This document shows positions 1 to 11,706 of a stretch of 64,000 bases of DNA, piece by piece. The stretch covers positions 1 to 64,000 of the forward strand of contig NIVC01001836.1 in NCBI GenBank assembly GCA_002269645.1, read 5' to 3'. Every line of letters begins with the position of its first letter. Position 1 is the stretch's first letter. Under the pieces are notes generated by a model. The model ran no database searches. It saw only the letters and a list, made by a program, of their open reading frames with translations, and had not been told where the DNA came from. Source of the stretch: Macrostomum lignano. Its lineage: Eukaryota. A program made the position numbers and the translations under genes.

Positions 1-204
1 ACATTTCGTAATTTCGTAAATTACGAAAAATAATTTACGAAATTTAATTCCGTAAATTAATCAAAATTTGTTAGATTTTAGAGATATTGAAAAAAACAAT
101 ATTAAAATATGGACATAGCGCTGTTCTATAAAGCAATTGTAAGATAATAACAATTAAAAACATGGGATTTTTCTAATTCACGTTAAAAATAATAAGCTAG
201 TAAT

Positions 205-301
205 TTATAATAATTAAAATTTATTGCACCCTAATGGGCAGAAACCGACAACTCAGCCGCAGCAGCTATTTGCGCGGCGCATCTGAAGGCTGCGTACGGC
301 T
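205..301 (-). mobile_element. 3' tail fragment of the local tRNA-derived SINE family, inverted
   Basis: 241-301 is the reverse complement of the tail at ~1590-1655 (cagccgtacgcagccttcagatgcgccgcgcaatagc...gtcggtt) and continues into gcccattagggtg plus an AT-rich tail, as in the copy at 23700-23850. Confidence 0.65.
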
Positions 302-536
302 ATTTATGGTGCGTACCTAAAGAATGGTACAGTAAGGTCTTTTCCTGTGTACTTTACGGCATACGTTCTAGGGGGTTGTGGCCTAGTGGTTAGAGCGTCG
401 GACTCACGACTTGAAGGTCGGGGTTCGATTCCCGATCCCACTCAGAACAATTTGTGTCCTGGAGCTTAACTTAACTTAACTGTGAACTGCTTCAGTTCAC
501 CCAGCGGTAAAATGGGTACCAGCACTACATATAGAT

Positions 537-1537
537 CAGGGTTCGGCAACCTCCGGCCAGATCCGGCCCCTCAAAGACTTTCTATGCGACCCGCGAACTT
601 CCTTTATCTTCATTATTATAATCCGGTCCCTACCTTTATTGTAAATTCATTGTTTCACCCAGAAAAGTTTGTGCACTGAAAATGGGGAATTTCTTTCCTC
701 AGTTGACTATTTTATTGACAAATTAGTAATGAGACACTAACTGAGTGGCTGTGAGTGGCTGTTTACAAAGTCTAGACTAGACAGCAAATCTAGGGTAAAG
801 ACCCAGGGGTGGATTCTGGAGGTAAAGACCCAGGGGTGGATTCTGGAGGGTAAAGACCCAGCTGTGGATTCTGGAGGGTAAAACCAGCTGTGAATTCTGG
901 AGGGTAAAGACCCAGCTGTGAATTCTGGAGGGTAAAGACCCAGCTGTGGATTCTGGAGGGTAAAGACCCAGCTGTGAATTCTGGAGGGTAAAGACCCAGC
1001 TGTGAATTCTGGAGGGTAAAGACCCAGCTGTGGATTCTGGAGGGTAAAACCCAGCTGTGGATTCTGGAGGGTAAAGACCCAGGGGGTGGATTCTGGAGGG
1101 TAAAGACCCAGCTGTGAATTCTGGAGGGTAAAGACCCAGCTGTGGATTCTGGAGGGTAAAGACCCAGCTGTGGATTCTGGAGGGTAAAACCCAGCTGTGG
1201 ATTCTGGAGGGCAAAGACCCAGGGGGTGGATTCTGGAGGGTAAAGACCCAGCTGTGGATTCTGGAGGGTAAAGACCCAGCTGTGAATTCTGGAGGGTAAA
1301 GACCCAGCTGTGAATTCTGGAGGGTAAAACCCAGCTGTGGATTCTGGAGGGTAAAGACCCAGCTGTGGATTCTGGAGGGTAAAACCCAGCTGTGGATTCT
1401 GGAGGGCAAAGACCAGGGGTGGATTCTGGAGGGTAAAAACCCGGGGTGTTCGGAGTAATTGGGGGTGACCTGTGGCCCGTGGTCTTGAACTGAAAACCTC
1501 ATCTGGCCCTCAAGTGGAAAAAGGTTACCGATCCCTG
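537..1537. mobile_element. Non-autonomous hAT-type element (MITE) carrying a 28-bp minisatellite
   Basis: TIRs cagggttcggcaacct (537) and aggttaccgatccctg (ends 1537), 14/16 match. 8-bp TSD atatagat / atgtagat, 7/8 match. Confidence 0.85.
790..1445. repeat. ~28-bp minisatellite (gattctggagggtaaagacccagctgtg)n
   Basis: Direct tandem repetition; explains ORF 777..1661. Confidence 0.95.
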
Positions 1538-1844
1538 ATGTAGATGGAGTTATTTTGGGTGTGTGTGGCGACCCCTCCAGTCTTTGGACTGAACAGCCGT
1601 ACGCAGCCTTCAGATGCGCCGCGCAATAGCTTCGGCTGAACTGCTGTCGGTTGCACATCAATTATTATCATTAGTATTGTTATTATACTTTATGCACGCA
1701 TAACACATGAAGGGGTTAGGAAGTCAGTTAACTTAACAAGCTAAGCGCAAATAATTGTCAAAGTAGAGTTACATGCATGTACAAGTTTAAGCAAGTCACT
1801 GAATGGAAGCAAAGCTCTCGGTTCAAAGCTATACTACTCGCATT

Positions 1845-2189
1845 TTAGTACAAGCTGAGAACAACCGGGAGGAATTCGCTCACCTGCTGATTGCACTGCG
1901 GAGCGGGGCATGTCGGTAGAAGTTGATGCGGAGGCCGGTTCCAGATGCCCTGATAGCACGCAGTGCACAGCGAGGCGTGGCTGCATGGTAAGCAAACGTA
2001 AGTCACTTCTGCTTCTTTGCAGCGTGAGCAATGAAGAAGTGGGGATTCCAGACGCTCCGGATGCGAGATTACTCTCGAAGGCAGCATCTGTGGTGGATTC
2101 GTTTGGGTCGGCCCATTGAAGGCCGCCATGCAGGCTTTGTCGAGAGTACGCCCAGTCGATCAGGTTGGATGATGCAGCTGCAGGGAAGG
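1845..2189 (-). CDS. Terminal exon of a RING-HC (C3HC4-type) finger protein, probable E3 ligase; apparent frameshift near its 5' end
   Basis: Translation CSRC...CLPCSHASLCTAC...CPAPQC followed by a stop; acceptor tttctttccag just upstream of 2189. The RING frame has a TGA at ~2165, so one indel is needed to join it to the acceptor. Confidence 0.7.
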
Positions 2190-2504
2190 CTGGAAAGAAA
2201 AAATGTAAATGCATGCACATTGGAGTTCTCGATTCAAAGTTATCAAGCTACACCAGAATAGTCTCTAGTCTCCTTTACCGCTAGGACCCACTTGCGTCAG
2301 CGGGAAGGGGGGTAAAGTCGAGTGCAAATTGAAGAAGCGCCATGTGGTTAAGTAAATTTAAGCGTGTCAGACAGAGCTCATCTACTGACAAGTAGAAAGT
2401 ATAGAGTATGGCGCGAAAATATTGCATGGCGGGCAGAACAAACATGCCAGAGTGCAGAGTAAGCAGCAGAGTAAAGGCGCTTCAGTTGCTCGTAGATACT
2501 ATAG

Positions 2505-3215
2505 ACTTCTATGGTTCAGCTCATAGACTAGATGTATCTATGGTTCAGCTCATAGACTAGATGTATCTATGGTTCAGCTCATAGACACAATATATGTCTA
2601 TGGTTCAGCTCATAGACTAGATGTATCTATGGTTCAGCTCATAGACACAATATATGTCTATGGTTCAGCTCATAGATACTAGATGTGTCTATGGTTCAGC
2701 TCATTGATACTAGATGTGTCTATGGTTCAGCTCATTGATACTAGATGTGTCTATGGTTCAGCTCATAGATACTAGATGTGTCTATGATTCAGCTCATAGA
2801 CACTAGATGTATCTATGGTTCAGCTCATAGACACAAGATATGTCTATGGTTCAGCTCATAGATACTAGATGTGTCTATGGTTCAGCTCATTGATACTAGA
2901 TGTGTCTATGGTTCAGCTCATTGATACTAGATGTGTCTATGGTTCAGCTCATAGATACTAGATGTGTCTATGATTCAGCTCATAGACACTAGATGTATCT
3001 ATGGTTCAGCTCATAGACACAAGATATGTCTATGGTTCAGCTCATAGATACTAGATGTGTCTATGGTTCAGCTCATAGATACTAGATGTGTCTATGGTTC
3101 AGCTCATAGATTTTAGATGTGTCTATGGTTCAGCTCATAGACACAAGATATGTCTATGGTTCAGCTCGTAGATTCTAGATGTGTCTATTTTTCAGCTCAT
3201 GGATACTAGATGTTG
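2505..3215. repeat. ~31-bp minisatellite (tctatggttcagctcatagatactagatgtg)n
   Basis: Tandem units of 30-32 bp with recurring variant order. Confidence 0.95.
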
Positions 3216-4916
3216 CCTATATTGATTTAATTAGCACTGATTTGATCATAGACACTTTCCAGGAAGAAATCGCATAGGATAGGCAAAAACTATAGCGACC
3301 TAGCTGACACTCCGCTCCAGTTTGCGAGCATGATTCAAGAGCATGTCGGCAGAAATTTTATCGCCATAGATGAAGAAATTGGTCGTTTTCGAGCTTCGAG
3401 ACAGCTAGGGTTCATTAATGGTGTGCTGAACGGTAGCTGGGTTTTATTGATTTTCCATTTGATTAAAAAAACCCATGCAGGAACACAAGTTTCAGGCCCT
3501 TCTGCTTGACTCATCAATAAATACAATAGTGTACGAGCGTGTGTTATATACTCATAGCTAAGATTAGTGAATGGTATAGCCAAACCTATATGGCAAAGTA
3601 CGTACATGTAGTTAGTGCTATCGCATCCGATGGTTTTTCCAAAGTCCCTGGGTTCAATGGCGTGTGCGTGCGTTACTACGTTAAATTTGCACGACCAGGA
3701 TCCGCTATATACCCTGTGTTCTCAAGGGCCGTCAAAATAGGCTTAACTAGTTTCTTTTTCTCTCTTAACTTGTACATGTATAGGTACATGAGGAACGTTA
3801 CCACAGGTATCCAATAATTATGTCCTCTTTTAGCTGTGTGATCTGTGTTTCTGTCGTTTATAATACGAGCGTACTTTGCGGATTAAATATAAAAAATATG
3901 CAAATATATCCGGACGCATACATTTGTATACGCAGAGTATCACAGAATGCTCATTCGAGTTTCCTTGCTGAGAATACCCCGCTTAAAAATGCGATAGCCT
4001 CTCCCTAGTTAAATCATCCAACTTCTTCCAAGTTAGCAACCAATTAAGTAAGTCGGAAGACAGAAAAGTTAACTAACTAGGAAGATGGAAGAATCGTTTA
4101 ATTTAATGAGCGTTGCAGAAATTTAGGAGTTATACCCATATTTTTCTACTGCGGTTAGTAGCGCGCAAATGTTTTTTCAGTAATAGTGACCCAAACTGTA
4201 GTACACTGCCCGTGAATTTGGAATGAAGTTAGCCCTCTTTACATGCAGCACTTGTGTATGGTTACGACTGTCTCAGCTCAGCCTGCGTGTCGTGCAGAGA
4301 TAATGATTGTACTTCCAACAGTAAGGAGAGGCAATCAGTGCTAATCTATAGCCAATCGGTAAAACTGCTACTGGGTCTGTTCTACATGTACAACAGCATG
4401 TTTATTCTATTGAAAATTTGTTATTCGCTTGTTTTATGGTGCCCCGCTTATCTTTCGTGTTCGTCAGTGAAAATTCTTTTCATACATAATTCGCTTTCTC
4501 TTCAGGCTTTGAAATACATATGTAGTCTCGTATATCCCTCGAGCTTTTAATAAAATATCGTTCATCCTGAAAATAGGCTACCCTTCTTCAATCCGGGAAC
4601 TATGTGCGTACGCCGTGCACAATTACGTTATGAAAAATTGCTACTTGGCTACTAGGAGTAGACTATACCGTACATATTTAGCTGGGGGTCTGCGATATTA
4701 GTAGGAAGTTTGCCCGCAGGCCATTCGGCCATTATCATGCATGGTTTAGACCATGACAGACTATACTGCCCTGTATTCAAAATTTATTTTGTTGATTTTT
4801 TCTTCTTGATAGTGCAAATCAACCTTGATCTTATCTTAATATTGTGTTCAGTTCCAATGTCTTTTTAACATTGACGTTGTTTTATTTCCTTTTTTATCTA
4901 TGAATTATCCTGTGAA

Positions 4917-5120
4917 CATAGACGTCTGGGGGTAAACATCTGGGGTCAACCGTCTGGGGGCAACCGTCTGGGGTCAACCGTCTGGGGCAACCGTCTGGGG
5001 GTAAACGTCTGGGGTAAACGTTTGGAGGTAAACGTTTGGAGGTAAACGTCTGGGGGTAACCGTCTGGGGGTAAACGTTTGGAGCTAAACGTTTGGAGGTA
5101 CACGTCTGGGGGTAAACATC
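4917..5120. repeat. ~15-bp degenerate minisatellite (ggggtaaacgtctgg)n
   Basis: Direct tandem repetition. Confidence 0.9.
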
Positions 5121-7131
5121 TGCGGGCAAGCTTCCTGCTAGATAATGTCGTACTCCCATTTAATAAACCGCGTATTTCGCACAGGGAAGCTGGAATGAGG
5201 ATTCTGTGGTGTTCTGTACATACATATACCGGTGTAGCTTGTACTAACATTGGCTAGATGTCCACTTTAGCCTCGGCTAGGCAGAGAATTGTCGCAGATC
5301 TTGGCTTTCAAAGAAACTGTCGTCAATCTGAGGAGATAAGGAGATGTTAAGATCAGATTTGGGGTGAAAGTTTACATGCTTGTGGGTGAAATAATGTTCG
5401 GTTGTACTTTTCACTTCAATCAGTTTAATGCAAACTTACTAGAGTTAGCCTAGTGTAATGTAGTCTAGTGCAAGGTCGTGCGCAGTGACATCAGCTAAAC
5501 TATTTGATTCCAGAACTTCGGTGACTATGTGGGATTTCAGTGCAAACTGACAATGCTATTACGAGTAAACACAATGCCCAGCTCATAATGTAACGCTATT
5601 AGATAGTTGCTGCTTTGTTCGGATTTGCCTCGGACTGCCCGGGCTATTCAGCGGCTTTCCCATGGATCTGCCCACTAAAAAGAGCATGCTTTAGACTCTA
5701 GCTATGAGAGTCGGTAATAATCACATATAGTTGAATTTCTATATTGAACCACAGGTTTGTTTACAACATTTTTTCGATAATATTTAAGGATTAAGCTAGA
5801 GATTATATATAATATATTCGCTTTTAGGTTAATCAACTGGCAGGCTATGCCACATGCTTCATAAACAGCTATGAGTAGTACGTACACGCGTCATGCAAAA
5901 GTTACATCAAAAAGTAAACGTACTCTGAAAGCAGTACACCTGGCTTGTACATGTAATGTACCAGCTAATATTTAAAAAACTGAAGTTCCCTTTCTTAAGG
6001 GCTTTTTCTCTTCTCTCTAAGGCCTTCCTCGTATACTCGTAATTTCCAAATGGTCTATACCTTGGACGCACTCTCCTCGCCTCTGCGTACAATGCTTTGC
6101 CTGCCAAGAAATGTCTTCTTTTTCGCATTGGCTTGCTCCGCGGAAAAGCCATGGGACAGCCGCGGAATTACCTTTAAACACTGCTTTGCTGTGCCCAATG
6201 GCTAGTAGGAGTGCACAGCTACGGGGTACGGCTTTCAAATGCTTTGCATGTTCATCAAAGCAGAGCATAAAAGTTTCTTCATACTCTAGCCTCCCACTCC
6301 TGACAGATAGCCAAGCCCCAAAGGTAGCGAAGATATGGCGAACATTTGGTTTCTATTTCGATTATTTCTATGATAGCTGAGAAGACAGCTCTCTCAAAAT
6401 CGGGTTCCGAGAAGCAGGGGCTCTGAACTGGAAAAACAATCTCGAAGTTATAGCCGATTAAAGGGACACACTGCTGGGACTGCATTGTATTGACCATACA
6501 GGGACGGAGAGAAAAAGGGGGGTCAGGGCCAGGGGAGGGCAAGAGGTGCGGCAGCACACCCTTCACGATCGTTGCCATCATACTACCTTGTATTCTCTCA
6601 TTGGTTTCGAAAAAGAAGTCTGGTTCTACTAGTATTTACGTAGCGTGCTGTAGAACTCACACGAGAGTACAGTTTCAGTACTTGTGCAAGAGCGTGTAAA
6701 GCACCTGTGTACCACAAACATTTTACGGGCGTACGTTTACAATCGTACCAAGCTATGTATAGCGAAGCCCAATGATTTTTTTGTTTTCCTTCTCGGTTTT
6801 GTAACCAATCGAAGAGGGGGAAGATGTGTAGTGACTAAACTAAAAATATATTAGTTTAAGCTGGAAAGTACATGCAATGGACTATAGATCATTTTCTTAG
6901 CGCATTTTTCTTATATTTTTACTGTAAGTAGAGTTTCAGAATAATAGTTCAGAATAATTTATGCTAGTTAGTTCTGTTCTGTACTCTGTATCGATGTCAG
7001 TTTTTTATCATGGCGGTCCAGCCAAATATAAATATACTGGAGCGGTCTGTATAGCTCACATATTTCTCTACTGCAACTACAAGTACAGCTTCAGTACTCG
7101 ACTCAGCTTATTAGCTCATTAGCTCAGTGAC

Positions 7132-7410
7132 TCAACCCTGGCTAAAGCCCCTGGTGCTAAAGCCCCTGGTGCTAAAGCCCCTGGTGCTAAAGCCCCTGGT
7201 GCTAAAGCCCCTGGTGCTAAAGGCCTTGGTGCTAAAGCCCCTGGTGCTAAAGCCCCTGGTGCTAAAGCCCCTGGTGCTAAAGGCCTTGGTGCTAAAGCCC
7301 CTGGTGCTAAAGCCCCTGGTGCTAAAGCCCCTGGTGCTAAAGGCCTTGGTGCTAAAGCCCCTGGTGCTAAAGCCCCTGGTGCTAAAGCCCCTGGTGCTAA
7401 AGCCCCTGGT
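7132..7410. repeat. 15-bp minisatellite (gctaaagcccctggt)n
   Basis: Near-perfect tandem; gives the PGALA/KPLVL pseudo-ORFs. Confidence 0.95.
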
Positions 7411-7583
7411 TTTATCTTTATTTTTATATTCAAGCTACTGCGACTAGCATAATACACACCTGTTTCAGAAATATAGTCGTCAAGGACGAAGAAACGAAGT
7501 TTTCCTAATGGTCCTTGACAGAAGCATGAGTAAAGGGACGGCTACATAAGCGCGCACACGCACGAGCGCTCCCTGTGTATATC

Positions 7584-7875
7584 CTGACACTCTTGACACA
7601 CTCTTGACACTCTTGACACTCTCTTGACACACTCTTGACACTCTCTTGACACACTCTTGACACACTTGACACACTCTTGACAAACTCTTGACACACTGAT
7701 GAGACTCTCTTGACACTCTCTTGACACACTCTTGACACACTTGACACACTTGACACACTCTTGACACACTGACACACTCTTGACAAACTCTTGACACACT
7801 CGTGAGACTCTCTTGACACTCTCTTGACACACTCTTGACACAATCTTGACACACTCTTGACACACTTGACACACT
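7584..7875. repeat. 11-13-bp minisatellite (cttgacacact)n
   Basis: Direct tandem repetition. Confidence 0.9.
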
Positions 7876-7989
7876 ACGAGTACGTCTCGACATCACTTGT
7901 GCACACGCGCGCAGAAAAGTCAGTCAGCAGCAAACGGCAGTTCTAAGTGACTGCCAAGGCATCGCCGCCGTGAGAGCTGCTGATGAACA

Positions 7990-8640
7990 GCCGGTGTCTT
8001 GCAGGGTGACCTCACCATCAGGCAAGTGCGGCTAAACATGGAGCGCTCTCAGGAGGAACCGACTGCTCACGATCTTGTCTGGTGTTCTGTAGTAGGGCGA
8101 CAGGCTGGCACCGTTCCAGAACGCACCCCCATCCCCACCCCACCCCCTTGGCTGACGACGGCTTTCCGCTGCGCAGGCGTCATAGAGAAAAGCGCCTCAG
8201 AGTGCTTGGCTACGCCGACAATCTCGCCCTCCTGTCATCAACTGTTAAAGGCGCCCAGCGCCAGATCGACGAGCTGACCAAAGTGTGGCTTCCAGACTTG
8301 CCTGGACGGCCTACCGATCCATCCGGGCTGTCCTTCCGTCGGAAGCACTGCCCGACCGCGAGACTCATGTGGCAAGCTGTGGTCGACGCCGTCCTGCTGT
8401 ACAAAGCCGAGGTGTGACGCTGACGGCTGGAGCGGCAGCTGGACTTGGCGCCCTGCTCCGTGCGGCCTTTTGAGCTGACGAGACCATGAGGACAGAGGCC
8501 TTGTCCAAGAGGGTCCAGCTGGAAGGCTCGTTTATCATCCTGTGTCGGTGGGCGACTTCAACTGGCGGGCCCCGTTATCCGGGCCGATCGAGAGCTGTTG
8601 CCCCCAGCCTCTCAACAAGACGTCCTGATGCTTGCACCTT
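7990..8640 (+). mobile_element. Decayed RTE-like non-LTR retrotransposon fragment (RT region)
   Basis: Broken frames give LQGD, DDGFPLRRR...VLGYADNLALLSSTVKGAQRQID and LWQAVVDAVLLYKAEV; same family as 47665-48510. Confidence 0.8.
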
Positions 8641-10226
8641 GCATCTGACGCACCCTGACCGCATGACCTTTCTTTTCTGGGTTGCTTCTTTTAATTGTGT
8701 TTTGGTGTTGTTGTTATCGGAAAGTAAAAGTCTGCAAGTAGTGAACCTGATCCTGTGGACTCTGATCATACTAAAAACCAATTTTGCTCTTATTTCCTTC
8801 GGACCTAATCAAAAAGGTGCACTGCTTCCCGACAATGCTGTGTCACTGTTGTGCCAGTATAGTGTGCTCTTGTGCTGGCTTGTGAAAGAATCCCTGGACA
8901 AACAATTTTTTAGATCGGGGCTGCTTTTGAACTTTTTGAGTGGTTTAGGAGCGCAAATCGAAAATGTAAAAGGATTAAACAATGATTGGTTCGGTTCTTA
9001 CAAGCATTCACTGCTCTGCTTCGCTTTTCTGGCTTCAATTGAGTCACTTTCCCGGCTCGCGGTGTCAGATTTTACGCAAGTAGTGGATTATCTGGATGGA
9101 AAAGAAAGTAAGTTTATGGAAAAATATACAAAAATTGACTGAACGATACAATTTTATGAAAATATAAGTATATAAGTCTCTACCGATGATCATATGCATA
9201 TACTCCTATTAAATGTACATACGCTTGCTATCATTATTTTTGAGCATAACTGTCTATAGATCTCAGAAATCTAAAAAACTTTAAAAGAGGCACTGGCATT
9301 TCCAACCTCATAAGTACCTTAGCTACAGCTAAGTTAAAGAGAATGTCAACTGGGATAACCATATTTGTCTAAAGTCTGATTCAGCCATAGCCTTAGTGGG
9401 TTAATAGGGAGAAATGAGGATATTTCGTCAACGTAAGTCTCTAGAGAGCAAGTTGGTGAGTGTCTGAAGTCTCAGTTTCGCGCTTTGACAGCTGGAGGAC
9501 TTCTTGGGTGCTGGAGAACCCACAATGATGTGCATTTCAGAGAAATAAGCTGGCATAGGACCAACTTTTTCCTCTCTATTATCCTACTAGAGAGAGGATT
9601 TTCAATGATTCTACGAGCTAGCTCGTTGACTCATCGAACAATGTACAGTTTTTGTGCTGCTTGTGTAAAAACCATTACACAATATTAGATACACCTGAAT
9701 AACACAGCCACTGTAATAACATTATGGGGCACAATGGCAGTTGGATTCTGGCTTGTGCATATCTTTGATGAGTTTTGCTAGAATTTCCACTGGCTCGATA
9801 TTATTGAGTCAATGGGTAAAGTACTTTATCCTCTGCAGTAAGGCATTTAAAATTAAAAAAAAATTATTTGGTTATCCGAGATTTCCTGTTCAAAGTGATC
9901 ACGGGGAGCACTAAAAAAGTTCCAAGCACATTGAAACAGGAAATGAACTTCACTTTCTACTCAGTCCTGTTCTCGTAATTAGGAATCTTTGGTCTTGCAG
10001 TCCTCATTGTTTCTAAACTGTGAACGGTGTAGTATTAAGTAATAAGCATTCTGGTCCATCTCAAAATCCCTCTTATCGGCAAATTTCCTAGGGTCCACTC
10101 CACGCATTGATCCAATATATGAGTGGCGATTTGTTGACCGCTTAAGTAGTTAGTTTGGTTTTAGGGGTGTCCACTTCCCCTTGTGACAGTTAGCAAAAAT
10201 TTAATTTATAAAAAGCATCCTACTGC

Positions 10227-10648
10227 CAGTGGCGTAGCCAGGAATTTCAATTGGGGGGGGGGCGGGTTGGCCTGGCTGGCCATGCCTTATGCCAATGCCA
10301 CTTTTGGCGCCGCAGGCATTCATTTTGGCGCCGCAGGCACGGCACTCATTTTGTTGCCGCAGGCACTCATTTTGTTGCCGCAGGCATTCATTTTGGCGCC
10401 GCAGGCACTCATTTTGTTGCCGCAGGCATTCATTTTGGCGCCGCAGGCACTCATTTTGGCGCCGCAGGCACTCATTTTGGCGCCGCAGGCACTCATTTTG
10501 GCGCCGCAGGCACTCATTTTGGCGCCACAGGCACTCATTTTGGCGCCGCAGGCACTCATTTTAGCGCCGCAGGCACTCAATTGCCTCATGGTTTTTGGTA
10601 CCGCCACGCCCAACCCCCCCAGGCGATGGCCCCCTGGCTATGCCACTG
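10227..10648. mobile_element. hAT-type MITE with internal 21-bp tandem array (gcaggcactcattttggcgcc)n
   Basis: TIRs cagtggcgtagccagg / cctggctatgccactg, 15/16. 8-bp TSD cctactgc / gctactgc, 7/8. Array at ~10300-10580. Confidence 0.85.
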
Positions 10649-10664
10649 GCTACTGCTATCATTA

Positions 10665-11706
10665 CAGGGGACGACAAACTCCAGTCCCCGAGCCACATAT
10701 GGCCCGCCAAGCCACTTTTCTTTATCCCTCTCGGTCCTTTGAAACTTCACAATAGCAATCCGGCCCGCTCAGAGTTTGTGTTTCTTCTCAGCTGCCTCCT
10801 CCCTTCTCCCCTCTCCCTTCTCCCTTCTCCTTTCTTCTCTCTCCCTTCTCTCCTCTCCCTTCTCCCCTCTCCCTTCTCCCCTCTCCCTTCTCCCTTCTCC
10901 TTTCTTCTCTCTCCCTTCTCTCCTCTCCCTTCTCCCCTCTCCCTTCTCCCCTCTCCCTTCTCCCCTCTCCCTTCTCCCCTCTCCCTTCTCCCCTCTCCCT
11001 TCTCGCCTCTCCCTTTTCCCTTCTCCTTTCTTCTCTCTCCCTTCTCCCCTCTCCCTTCTCCCCTCTCCCTTCTCCCCTCTCCCTTTTCCCTTCTCCTTTC
11101 TTCTCTCTCCCTTCTCTCCTCTCCCTTCCCTCCTCTCCATTCTCCCTTCTCCATTCTCCCCTCTCCCCTCTCCCTTCTCCCTTCTCTCCTATCCCTTCTC
11201 CCCTATCCCTTCTCTCCTCTCCCTTCTCCCTTCTCCTTTCTTCTCTCTCCCTTCTTTCCTCTCCCTTCCCTCCTCTCCATTCTCCCTTCCCCATTCTCCC
11301 CTCTCCCCTCTCCCTTCTCCCTTCTCTCCATTCTCCCCTCCTCTGTCTGGCCCGCATTAATGCGTTAGATCAGGGACTTCTTAAGCTAGCTAGCACTTGC
11401 TTTGGGACGTAAACGTTTTTATCTAGTATTACTTCCATTAATCTACTGATAATTCTAATAAATAAATAAGAGATTCTAAAATATACGTGAATCAGCTTGT
11501 TTTTACAAATAAAAAGTTATTATTAAAACCTCTTAAAATAACCACTAGCGTGCGTATTACTGCTGCAAAATACACAATTGGCCAAAACCGGCCTTATCTT
11601 GCGGGGGGGGGGGTAAAAACCTTGCGTGTTTCGGTGCTAGCTTAAGAAGTCCCTGGCTAGATTCTCCATCATCTGGCTCTTAAGATAAACAGTTTGCCAG
11701 CCCCTG
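10665..11706. mobile_element. hAT-type MITE with internal pyrimidine heptamer tract; same family as 57473-60514
   Basis: TIRs caggggacgacaaact / agtttgccagcccctg, 13/16. Subterminal ggcccgc..aagcc...ggtcctttgaa.cttcacaata is shared with the 60420-60514 end. (ttctccc)-like tract at 10795-11342. No TSD match found. Confidence 0.7.
11371..11655. mobile_element. Small MITE nested in the 10665-11706 element
   Basis: Perfect 20-bp TIR cagggacttcttaagctagc / gctagcttaagaagtccctg; flanks gttagat / gctagat resemble an imperfect TSD. Confidence 0.85.

Larger units (their letters stand above)
371..1690 (+). mobile_element. tRNA-derived SINE with CORE-like middle, interrupted by a hAT MITE (537-1537)
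   Basis: A box TGGCCTAGTGG and B box GGTTCGATTCC at 371-435, then tgtgtcct...cttcagttcacccagcggtaaaatgggtacc. It resumes after the insertion with a tail (ttggactgaacagccgt...gtcggttgc, then (TTA)-rich sequence) that matches the copy at 23555. Confidence 0.75.

Noticed and set aside
1-60. Short inverted ttcgtaa/ttacgaa repeats
   Set aside because: Cut by the window edge and too short to classify.
371-445. Functional tRNA gene
   Set aside because: A and B boxes are present but the acceptor stem does not pair, the anticodon loop differs among copies, and SINE body sequence follows.
5907-6581. Protein-like minus-strand ORFs as exons of the RING gene
   Set aside because: Several overlapping frames look equally plausible, and I could not build a phase-consistent model.
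8486-9142. 218-aa ORF as a real gene
   Set aside because: It begins in the RTE fragment and continues into sequence with no recognisable motif.
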